From positions 12,338,001-12,402,000 of the forward strand of contig CM022675.1 in assembly GCA_012295275.1 (NCBI GenBank): a stretch of 64,000 bases of DNA, written 5' to 3'. Source of the stretch: Chrysomallon squamiferum. Lineage: Eukaryota > Animalia > Mollusca. How positions within the stretch are numbered: position 1 is the stretch's first letter; each line of letters starts with the position of its first letter. Below the pieces are notes generated by a model, which was not told the DNA's origin, did no database searches, and saw only the letters and a list, made by a program, of their open reading frames with translations. Positions 27,558 to 40,100 of the stretch are shown here, one piece after another. Both the position numbers and the translations under genes were made by a program.

Positions 27558-30500
27558 TTAGGAACTTGTTGATGTTGATCGTCTGTGATGTCGGCCTCTG
27601 CTTCTGCTGTGACTGCGACTTCGACTACTACTGCTGTAATGACGGCGTGAGCGAGACCTGGATCTTGATCGTGATCGACTATAACTTCTGCCACTGTAAA
27701 TAAAATAAACACCATAAACATAAATATAAGAGATAAATTTAAAAAAATTAAATAATTTAATTTGAACCTCAAAAGAGAACAGCTAGGGACCATTCATTCT
27801 TTCAGTAAATAAGAAAATCAGTTAAATCATATAGCTTGGACTACTGCAAATAAAATATTAACACACTATAAACAGAAATGTTAAATAATATAGGCAGTGA
27901 TGCAATTAATAACTGAAGCTAAATTGATCCAGTGAATAACATCAATGAGCTAAATCCTGACAAAGATGAAAAAACTGCCAAAATTGTGCTAACATTGTAA
28001 GAAATAAGCAACAAATTATTCTAAGGAAATAAGTCTAACTCTGCTGTTTTAATATTAATTAATTTCTAAACATAAAAAACTGAAATTTTTTGTAGTAGTC
28101 ACAAATTACCAAAATCGAAATTCTTACCGTCTACTTCGACCATATCTTGGAGATTTTCTGGAGTATCGATGTCGTGATCGACTTCTATAAATAAAATTTA
28201 AACCATTTTAAAAGAAGAACTATCTGAAAATGATACTAACAATAACACTAGTGAAAGGTTATTGAATGAGAATAATTTAGCAAGTTTAAATTTTGCTTTC
28301 TTTTAAAAATATATTTATATTCTTCATTGGTGAAGAAACTTGTAGTATTTTCTATACAATGAGAAGTCAGCAGGTTATGAAACCCTGTGTTAAAATAGCT
28401 ATTTTCTATACAGTGAGAAGTCAGCAGGTGATGAAACACCGTGTTAAAATAACTATTTTCTATACAGTGAGAAGTCAGCAGGTGATGAAACACCGTGTTA
28501 AAATAACTATTTTCTATACAGTGAGAAGTCAGCAGGTGATGAAACACTGTGTTAAAATAACTATTTTCTATACAGTGAGAAGTCAGCAGGTTATCAAACA
28601 CAGTTAAAATAACTATTTTCTATACAGTGAGAAGTCAGCAGGTTATGAAACACTGTGTTAAAATAACTATTTTCTATACAGTGAGAAGTCAGCAGGTTAT
28701 GAAACACTGTGTTAAAATAACTTAATCTACCTGGTCCGAGAATGGCGGGGGGAGGATCGTCTTCGAGATCGTCTCCGTGGTGATATTGATACACGGCGTC
28801 TTCTTGATCGCGATCTTGAACGGCGATATGGGGAACGTCGTCTCACGGGATGTCGGTGCCTGGGTGATGGTGATTTTCTTCTTGATGACCGTGACTTATG
28901 CCTGGGTGATGGTGATTTATGTCTAGGTGTTGGTGATTTTCGTCTTGGTGAACGTGATTTTCGCCTTGGAGATCGCAGTTTGTGCCTAGGAGAAGGTGAC
29001 ACATGCTTTGATGAATGTCGTGACTTCTTAGGTGATGGTGACCACTTTGGTGATCGTAAAGGTGATAGTTTTGGTGATTTCCTCTTTTCCACTGAAACTG
29101 AACGTCTTCTTGGTGACACTTTTGTCTTAGACAGCAATGAACCGGATCTCGATCTCAGTTTATCTTCCTTCGTGGCTGTTTTCAAAGCCACTGTCCTGTC
29201 CTTACTTACAGATCGAGACACTCTTTCTGGAGAGGATGAGGAGGAGGGTGAACTTGACTCTGAAGAATCTGAAGATGAATCTGAAGAAGATGAGCCACTT
29301 CTTGACAATGATTCCTCAGGTGAAGATGATCTGGAACTAGACTCGGATCGTCCTCGAATGGAGTGATAGGTTCTTTCAGGGGGCAAATTGACATCTAAAT
29401 ATTTTGAAGACCTTTCTTTTTCTTCTAGTTTATCACGAGTCTTGCTACTGTGGCTAGACTGTTTGTGTCTGTCATTTGTTGATTTGGGAGTGCCATTGGG
29501 TGACTTGCGCCTGTCAGCACTGCTGGGTGATCTGGATTTGTCTGCATCACTGGATCGCTTCGGTTTGTTCCTGTCACTGGATAGCCTGACTCTGTCAGGG
29601 TCACTGAATGATCTGGATTTGTCTGTATCTGTGGATAATTTGCTTTTCTCTGCATTACCAGACTGTCTTAGTTCATCAGAGTCAGTGAGATGTCTGGATG
29701 ACTTCTGTCTGTCTGTGTCAACACGGTGACTGATTTTATCAGTGTCAGTGGGTTCTACCTGTCTGTCAACGTCAACTGGCTGTCTGAGGCCATCATCATC
29801 AGGTTGTCTTGGTTTGTCAGTGTCAGAAGGTTGTTTAGATTTGTCAGTGTCAGAAGGCTGTCTAGATTTATCAGTGTCAGAAGGTTGTCTAGAATCACTG
29901 GGTGACTTGTGCTTCTCTGGGTCACTAGGTGATGAGGACATCTTTATTTTATTTGGTGATGAACCTAAGATCTGTTTTATCTGTCTCCCTTCTTTCCTGA
30001 AAATTAAAAATGTGTTGACTGCAGTTATAACAATCTACCCTTGTAATTTCAAATGGCAAGTTTTGTGGTTTTAAGTGTAATAACATAAGTACTTTGTGTG
30101 CTAAAATACAATCACAAAGAAATCATTACTACTATTAATTTTACTATTAAAGAGAGACCGACCTGTTGCTCAGCTAAAATATTTAATATAAGTAAAGCAG
30201 AAGAAAGTAGCATACTTTGCCAGCTCACTAGCTGCCATAGCAACCTGATCCAGAGGAGGCAATGGGGGTGTACGAATATTTAGCCTGGAAGATCCACTAG
30301 CACCGTCTTCTATGTGACAATTGTCATTTTCATTCTGCAAAATAAAACCAGGCTAATATCAATGCTGAATATCCACCTTCAAGAAAACCAACTTTACAAG
30401 TCTATTAATTTTTATCTGTTAAATATAATATGTTTTTTTTGTTTTTGTTTTTTTTGTTGACTGGGTTAAGGCTATTTAAAAGTATTTTATACTTACTTTA

Positions 30501-31729
30501 GCAGGTTCATCATATTCTGGTTCAGGGGGAGGTTGCCATTTTATTTTTTCCTGATAATAAACAGAGTACAATGATATTAGACAGTGCAACATTGCACAAA
30601 AAGTCAAACATAATGGTGCACTTTGAAATCATGGACAATGAAAAAATAAATAAAAAATATATATTAATTTTGATTATTTGGAATATGTTTATTATTATGA
30701 AATATGTTCCTAATTTTAGATGAATGCTTCCATCAAGAAGAAATCAATAATAAAAAAAAATTTTAAAGTATTTTTCACTTCATTCATTATTTTAACAAAA
30801 AAAATAAAAACAAAAAACTCACACATACTTCTATTTTAGACTTTTCCTTCTTGATTTCATATTCAGATTGTGAACTGGAAGATGACGGCCTCTCTCTTGA
30901 TTTAGAACTTGTCCTTGATCGTGATTTTGACCTTGACCTTGATTCAGACGATGATCTTGACTGAGAACGAGATTTATCTGCAGGTGATGACTTTGACCGT
31001 GACCGTGATCTCGAAACATCGGATGAAGCAGATGTCTTCTTGTCCCAGGTTGGTGAAGGAATAGAATCAGGCAGTTTTACAGGATCTGCTGCAATTGGAC
31101 TTTCTGAACCCCCTGCTAAGTTATACTGGATTTTGCTGATTTGTTTTCTTGTCTGAGATATGTTAGAACTGTGGTTATTGGTGTCAGACACTTTGGTAAG
31201 CGATAGAGAAGATGAAGAAAACTTGTCAGATCTGATTCAAAAAAAAAAATAAAAAATGTTTTTAAATAAATAAATAATCAAGAAAGACAAGTACTTTTTT
31301 TACCCTAACATGAAAGTACATCTTTAATGTTGTTTTTCTTTCTGTCATTTTTTCAAAATTATTGTTTTAAAATTAACACAATAATAATAACACTGACTGT
31401 CATATTTCAAAACAAGTATTACACTGTGTTTATTTGTTTTGAATATATATTATAATTTCTCTGCATATATGTAACTACATCCACAGATGATCTTATATCA
31501 AGAAGTAAATTCACTTAATGCAGAGTAATAATAATAATTTACCTGTTAGCTGTAAATGCTTGTTCTTTCTGAGCTGTGTTTGTTTTCTGGTTTGGTGTCC
31601 AGTGTGTTGGTGGTGGACTCTCAGATATTTGTGGTGTAACAAGTCTGAAACACAAACAAAAGTGATTTGACTAATTAGGTAGCTTCAGATTTTCCTGTAG
31701 TACACCAGAATGGATAAATATTCCAAATC

Positions 31730-31767
<38 letters not shown>

Positions 31768-34086
31768 TTTATACACACACACACATTTACATACATTAGA
31801 AAGTTTTCAAATAATTATAGATGTAGTTCAATATGTCCTGTATTTTAAACTTGTTTTTTTAATTATCAGATTATTTTACTATTTTATATATTTATCATTT
31901 AAAAATTACAAAAGTTGAAATTTTATAAAACATGAATGTTTAAAAACATTATGGATTTTACTGACCAGGATTTCTTAATTACATTTGTTAGTGGAAGTTC
32001 AAAAAACTTACTCATTTACAGTTTAGTTAAATTCAATTTGAAAATTCAACTTTCTAAACAGAAATTATGATAAGCAAATTTCTTCTGAATGAACAAAAAA
32101 GAATCCTTTACACCTAATACTGTCCATAAATAGGAAAATTAATGAATTCTGACATCTACAGTAAAACAAAACCAAAAAACTTTAAATTCTAATTTACTGA
32201 AAGTACAGTACAGTTATAAATACCTTGTAGCAACAGGTGGAGGAGGTGCTTTTTCCTTGAGAATTCTTGAATCTGTCTCAGAATCAGAAGATGATGATTG
32301 TGAATTTGATCTCGACTTGTGTGACTGGGCTGCATGGCGGCGATGTCTTCTGCTTGAATCAGAAGACTCAGAACTGGAACTGTATTTTCTTGATTTAGCT
32401 GACATTACTATGTCTTTCTTCACATCTCTAGGTCTTGAACCTGAATAACTTGTAGCAGATCCAGATCTATGTCTGCGACTCCTATTTGGATCTTTGTTTC
32501 GTCTAGAACTAGAGTCTGAGGAATCAGATGAAGATCTTTTTCTGTGATGCCTGGTTGGAGACCTGCTTTCTGAACGTGAAGAACTTGAAGCAGAAGATGA
32601 TCTGTGTCTGTCAGATCTTCCAGACAAGCTGTGCTTTTTACTTCTTGACCATGCTGGAGATGGAGACTGTCTTCTTATTCTATTAAAGGACCTAGATCGT
32701 CGTTTTGGTCTATCCAAGGATCCAGATTGTGTTTTTCGTCTATCCAATGATCTGGATCTTTCTCTCGATGAACTGGATGAAACAGAACGTCTATGAAATG
32801 ATCTGTTCTTCCACCTTCCTGAAGAACGTGAATCTGACCTGTGACGACTTCGTGGTGGGGAGAAAGGCGAACTTGAATCAACTCTTCTTCTCCTTATTCT
32901 TGCTGACTCTTCTGGTGTTTGAGATGTTTTAAAATCTCCAATCCTTGGAGAGTTTCTTTCTTCAGAACCTGAACTGTCATGTCTAGACTTATTAAGAGAA
33001 GTCCTGCGTCTGCCTGGAGATTGAGGTCTGGCTCTGGCTGGAGAAATTCTGTTCATTCTCTTGTATATCTGTTTGTCTGTAGTCTCTGATTCTTCTATAC
33101 GTGATCCCTGACCTGATCTTGACCTTCTGTCTGGTGTTTCAGGCTGTCTAGACTTCACAGGAGAAATGCGTCGTGATCTTTGATTTCTTGAATCATCTGG
33201 TGACCTGGGCTGTCTTAATGGCGATGTTCTGTTTCCTCTCATTCCTCCTGGTGATCTGTTGTATCTGTCAGGTGAAACTCTGTATGACCTCTTACCTCTG
33301 AACTTATCTGGTGACCTGGATGCTAATCTGTGTCTAACAGGTGATACTCTGTTTTCTCTCTGTGTTCTTGGTCTATTAGGTGACCTCAGTCCATGACTGA
33401 AAGTGGGTGTCAAAGATCTGCTTCCTCTTCTTCTTCTTTCAATTCCTAAATGATCACCTCTCTCAAATTCCTTTCTCTGGGAAACTGCAGCCTGGAAGCT
33501 TCGCTGGTTGGAACCAAATCGGAATATTTCTTCTTCTTTCTTGTCAGTTTTAGCCTCATCCAGGAATTCTGTTGGATCAAATTCTTCTCTTTGCTCTGAA
33601 TCAAACATTTTTGTCTGCTTTCCAGATTCATTTCTCGATTTAACAGTATTTCCACTCTGAGTTGCTGGTCTACCAAAATGTGGATCTGCATTGGACTGGG
33701 AACTGCTGTCTGAATCACTGCTGTTCTCACTTTCTGATGAATGATCTTCAGTTTTCTTACTGTGATGTTTTTCTTTCTTTTCATGTTTTTTGTATCCACT
33801 CTGAGTTTCTTCCAAGTCATCCTCACTCACTCTGTTTCGATGATGCTTTTTATGTTTTTTATGTCTGATGAGAAACATAATACTTCAGGTAATCAATAAT
33901 TCTCCTGTATAATACTACAATTTAATGCTGATTAATTATTATACAGAAATCTATTACATTGCTGAAATATTGTATTGTCAATGTTATAGATATATTACTG
34001 GGTTTTTTCAAAAGTTTCTTGGTTTGTTTGCACAGAAAGTAAGGAAATATATTCTTTGATAAAACAGCATTTTTCTTTTAAAAGAT

Positions 34087-34121
<35 letters not shown>

Positions 34122-37100
34122 TTGTTTGATATTAAGGTTAGGAATTCCGTTTTATATACTATTTTTCAAAATATTTAACTTTTTAATACTTTTGAGTACT
34201 TACTTCTTGTCTTTGGAGTGTTTTTTATGCTTTGCCTTTTTCCCTTCATTCCTGTAAACAAAACAAAATTCAGTTAGAGTCAGTTATAGAAACTGAATCA
34301 TATTTGTAGGTACAAATACCCAACACATTGTGTGAATAGATAACAGTTTCTATTCACAAAACTGCCTGAAACTGATTTTGACTCCAAGACAGAAGCATAA
34401 TTTTCAGAGTATGAGTCCAGAGTATCTAAGTGTAGCATTATTTTAAAATGTTGATGGAAAACTGATTTTTTCTCCATGAATATAAAAATAAAGAGACATC
34501 TGCTATTTAACATACTCTTGCTTGGTTGTATACAACAATATTTAGAAAGATAAATCATAGAGATCATCACGACTGAAATTAATTTGTGGTAGTTTATTAA
34601 TTATTATCTATAAAAAGAATCAGTAACAAATAATTAGACTGATTGCTGTGTGTTTGTGCAGTCCCCAGACCTTAGAACACTTTAATATTTTTATTATGTG
34701 TTTTACAGTCATAATAAAATTAAATACTTTAGTAAAACCCCAATTTACTAAAAGTAATACACAAAACAAACATTTATTGCATGTATTTTACGTAGCGAGA
34801 GCATGACATATTTACACCCATCCATACAAATGTGAATGCTTTCTCACAAGTATAAAAAGCATGTGCATAATAGTAAATACAAACTTTGTTTCCTCTTCAT
34901 CTTCTTCTTGGGGAAACCTTCCCAGCCTTTCTCTAACTGGGCCTCTCTGGCTGGCCCTTCCGTTCTCCCTCTCTGGCTGATTCTGCTCCATCCTATCTCC
35001 CTTCAACCACCTGTCTTCCATTTCTCTCACCTTCTCCAGCGGCTTCAACCGCAACAGCTCTCTCTTCCAGTGTGGCGGAGTGAAGCTCCGTGACCGACTT
35101 CGAGAGCGATATCGCTAAAATTACAATTCCTTGTTACGTCTAAATCATTTTTACACAAATTACTTATATTATACAGTTGATATATTTTATAAAAGTTTTA
35201 TCTGTTTTATATCAAAGCTACTCTCAGAATGTTTTTACTCCTATTGTTTCAAGAATATTTTGTCACTATCTGAATATGTCTTCTTCAAGCCAGTCTTATT
35301 TTACTGGCACATAAATGACTATAGTACAATCATATGTAAATTTATATATATAACTTGACTATTGAAAGATGTATATTAAAGATTCCTTACTATTTATAAA
35401 GGTATCCTATACAGTGATAAGTACATGGAATACCTTTATAAATCACATACAAGCATATAACTAACTTTTGATAACTGTTTTATAAAAAAAACTATATTGA
35501 GGGATTAATTAAATAGTCACTATTTATTAGCATCAATGAATACTTACAACAGATCCCCTTCCCTTGATTCTGCGCCCAGTGCTTGAGTACTTAGGTTGTA
35601 ACTGATATGGTATACGTTCAACTGTGCGCTGTGGACCACGTCCAATGGTGGGATATTCCCTAAATAAATAAAATTTATAAATGTATAAAATAAATTAAAT
35701 ATACTAAATAAATAAATAATGTTGAAATGCATTTGGAATAAAAAAATTGGATATGGTGATATTAAAAGTAGTGATGCACAGGAAAACCTGATGAAAGATT
35801 CAAGTAGCTATTTTAAGCTTCAGCCAGCAGGATGAGCTAATTTATGGATCTAAATCACTTTATTTCACTTTTGTTTCTTATTTCTCAACAGGATTTTAGC
35901 CACACTTGTCTAAAACATCAGTTACTTCATCAATTTTGCCTGGTATCTTGACCAGCTCGAGCTAAAATAAGGGCACAGACTAGTCTGAGGTCATTCCCAG
36001 ACTAGTCTGAGGTCATTCCCACATTCAAGTAGACTGTGTTTGAATTCCCTAAGTTTTATGATCTCTAAAAGTATGTTTTGAAATATTTTGCACTTTAGCT
36101 TGGTTTTCTCAAGCAGGAATACAAACAGTCACCAAGTAAAAAGAATTAGGCATAGAAATAGTGGAAACATAACTGTTACCTTTCATCTTTCTGCTTAGTT
36201 TCTGCATCTTGCTGTCCTCGATACAGAAATTTCTGAAAGGGAACTCCAGGAATCTCATCTGGTCGTATTGTGGCAAACACAGTTGGTACTGTATCTTTGT
36301 CTTCAATTTCACTGTAAAGAAACCATTTCTAACTTGTTTTTCTACTCTAAATATATCCAACACAGCATCCATAGAATCATTAACCCTTCATTATACATTT
36401 TCCTCTGCTCATATCTAAATTTCGTTATTGTAGAAGTTGTCTCATTCTCTCTAATTTCATTCACCTTTAAATAGACCAGTTTAAGAAACATTGCTCTAAA
36501 GTGTTTTTATAAATTTCTTAGTATTTGTTATTTGCCAATCCAAAAGTAATAAAATGATATTGTTAAACTCTCCAATAAAAGAATTCACATTTTATTTGTA
36601 GTAAAAAAACACATAATAAATATTTAATAAAAGAAGGTATGTATGAATATCTTTTTGTAAATAACTAAGTAGCAATTTTTAAACAAGTTGAGAGTAAAAT
36701 AATAGTATTGTTGAGTGTGCTTTAATAATGATTTAGTTTTTTAAAGAAAAACTGTTGTTATTGAAAACAAATATTTAATAAATATTTTGACTACAGTATA
36801 TTCTTATAAAGAAACAGTAAACACAATAATCCCTGCCATTCTTCAAATATTCTTTACTGAATTTTTATTTATATTTTACCCTTCTTCATGACTCTCTTCA
36901 GATTCTTTTTCTTCCTTCTTCTTCTTCTTATGTCCTCTTTTCTTCTTTTGCTTCTTCTTCCTCTTTCGTTTAGCTTCTTCTTCACTGCTTGATTCCGATT
37001 CTGATTCTGAACTTGATGTACTTTCCGATGAACTATCTTCTGACTCTGATGATTTTTTAACTTTCTTCTTTTTCTTTTGTGCTATAATTAAATATGATAT

Positions 37101-40100
37101 ACATGTGGTATATATATATACAAGTATACCAAACATAAATTACATTACAAAATGTATTTGTTGAAACTATAAAGGAGAAATTTTTAAAATGATACAAGTC
37201 AGACTGTTGAATATATAACTGCATATAATAAAGGTACTGCATTTATAGAGGAAAGTAAAATTGTGTTTATCAAATTTATGCCCATGACAAGAGGTGCCTT
37301 TGCTGAGATTTTTAGCTGTTCAAAAAAAATTATAGTTTTAAAATGAGATACTGTTGTATATATATATATAATCAAAAATGAAGTTAGTACAATTTAAAGA
37401 CAACATAGAAAAATAAAATGTTTTTTACATATATAAACAAGCTGGTCATTTAATTATTATTATTATTATTATTTTAAATATTCATTAAATTATAATTTTA
37501 GCAATTACAACTTTGCATTCAGCTCTAGTAATTTAGCTGATGATGAAAAGATTATCATAAAAACTGACAGTAAGAAAAAAATTAATGAAACAAATTAATT
37601 CAAACTCTTCTAAAATGTGTCTAATTGGTAAGTGTTTTCTACAAGAGTGTTAAGTATAAAGGCAATACCTTTAGGTTTGAGCTGCAGTACGAGTTCTCCA
37701 CAGTTTGAAATCTGAAGGCGTTCAATAGGTCGACTGTTTGAGTCTGTTGGGATATTTTCCATTTTTCTAACTACATCCTGGCCATCAATCACACGTCCAA
37801 ACACAACATGGACCCTGATAGCAACAACATTGTTAAAATACACTTCTTTGTGTCACATGTCAGTTAACATTTTCAGAATAACATAATGGCTCAAATATGA
37901 TGTGTTTTTTTAAATAAATCTGTAAATGTATATGATGTATGTTTTAATTATTTTAATGTTTAGTAATTCCAAAAACAGTTTTAATTAAATTTATAAATGA
38001 TATAAACAGACTCATGAAACTGTTTTAATTTAAATTTATAACCAATATAAACCTTATCTTCATATAAAGTTTTTAGATATTAAGGTGATATATTGAATAA
38101 AATGAGTAGATTGGAATTTAGAGCAGTTCTTAACATTTCACACATTCAGTGAACTAAATCATACAATTAATACCTTTATATTTTAAAATATTAGGAATTT
38201 AATATAAATGTGTGTGTGTGTGTGTGTGACTCTTTGTATGTACATGTATCAAAAGGTGTACACAAGTCTGATTTATGTATCGTCTTAACATCAGTGAATA
38301 ACCTGTACATAAAATATTATCATATCTCTGAAATTTAGGGCAATAGTAAATGCTGAACATTTCATTTACTCAGACTTACCCATCTAAGTGAGGTGAAATT
38401 TTGGTAGTTCTGAAAGAAAAAGAAAACGCAAGCTGTAAACATTCGTCTGTTCTCTGTTGACTCACTCATCCGTGCAAGATGTATGCAGTTTGCAAATTAC
38501 GTACACCTGTCTACATTTTATGTAGATCTGAAACAAACATCTACCAGATCCGTACAATCTTTTTTGTCTTTTAGTCTCTTCTTTTAATGTTAGAGGTAAC
38601 ATCTTTACAACAACTTATTTAGCAAAATAACAATTATTTCTATGTTGAAAAATTTGAGTACAGATGCAATTTAATATATGAGTAAAAGTGCTGCAGTTTT
38701 GTTTATAAAAGCAGAATATAGATCTCTGGATTTATATTACAGTGATATGATTTAACATCTACAAACATTTTAATGCTTATTAATTTTATTTATTTTTTGA
38801 ATTTTGGTAACTTATTTATTTATTCATTTATTCATTTATTATCTTATTATTTTTATTAATTTATAATAATTCTTATTATTTATTTATTTATTGACTTTAA
38901 TAATTTATAATAATTTTTTTATTTATTTAGTTTCATGATTAATTTCTCATCATTGTTTTATTTTTCACTTAGAAGTATAAACCAAAATCAGGAAAGTCAT
39001 CGTCTTGCACTGTTATACATAAATAATTTGAAATTTGACATTCAGACACACACATACACACAGCAATATTTCATGAACTTTATTATTATTTTTTTTAATT
39101 ATTAATTAATAGAATTGAGTTTAGCTATTTATTATTTTTCTTCTTCATCTAAACAGTTACTAACAATGATGTTACTGCATTTTTTTCATAAGCTATATTT
39201 AATAAATGTACTGTTAAATTCTGTAATCTTATTTGTATGTTAATCTAAATATATGCATAAATCATGTACTAATTAATAAAGCTTTCTGGTATTTAATGTT
39301 TTAGAAAGGTGTTGTTGCAGTAAAGATGTTAACACCAGGAAAACCTTACATGTACATAAGCAGTTGTTTTTCAAAATGTAAAAAATTTATAGATGATTCA
39401 GCCTTTCATAACCATTTGCATTTCTTCCATAAAGAATAAAAGATTTAGTTATCAATACACATGAATGTAGATTATCTTTAACAACAAAACTCGCTTACAA
39501 TGTAAAAATTAATAATGCTGAAAATGATATGCATTGCAGGAGTAATTTCCTTTCAACAAAAATATCTGAAGACTTTTAAAAACAGAATTTTAAAAATGAT
39601 AAATAGTAAATTAAATTTTCAATTAAACAGTTTTGTAAGCAAGTTTTGTAGTCTTTACGGTTACCTGTTCAGCAGAGCGTGTCATTCTGTGATTCTGTAT
39701 ACAATGTAAAATTGACAATAAGATATTTAATATTTAACAAATTAAAAAAAAAAAAAAAAAATTTGAAAAAAATTTAATTATACCAATCAAAATTAACATT
39801 CATGAATCGATTTCAGAATATGTCAAATTGCATTCAATAATTTTAGACATATATTAACACATATTTGAAAACATTTCATTAGTATATAATACATGAAATT
39901 AGTAAAACATTCAAACATGAAAAATGAAATGTAAAAAATGTGTAGATTCATTTTTTTTGTTCTAGTAATCTCACAATACAACATTATTAATTTATCAGCA
40001 TTATTTTATTATTGATTATATCTGATTTACAAAAAGATGTAAAATAAATACAGAAAATTAACAATAAAACAACATTAAACAAACTGGTCTTTTTAATTTT

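Noticed and set aside
28980-33868. Several + strand and alternate-frame ORFs
   Set aside because: Shadows of the low-complexity RS-rich PPIG exons.
35977-36021. Short tandem duplication containing the palindrome CAGACTAGTCTG
   Set aside because: Small intronic slippage-type duplication with no further structure.
39665-39694. TGA in the twin microexon read as selenocysteine
   Set aside because: It aligns to a non-Cys position and no SECIS was identified; a nonsense codon is the simpler reading.
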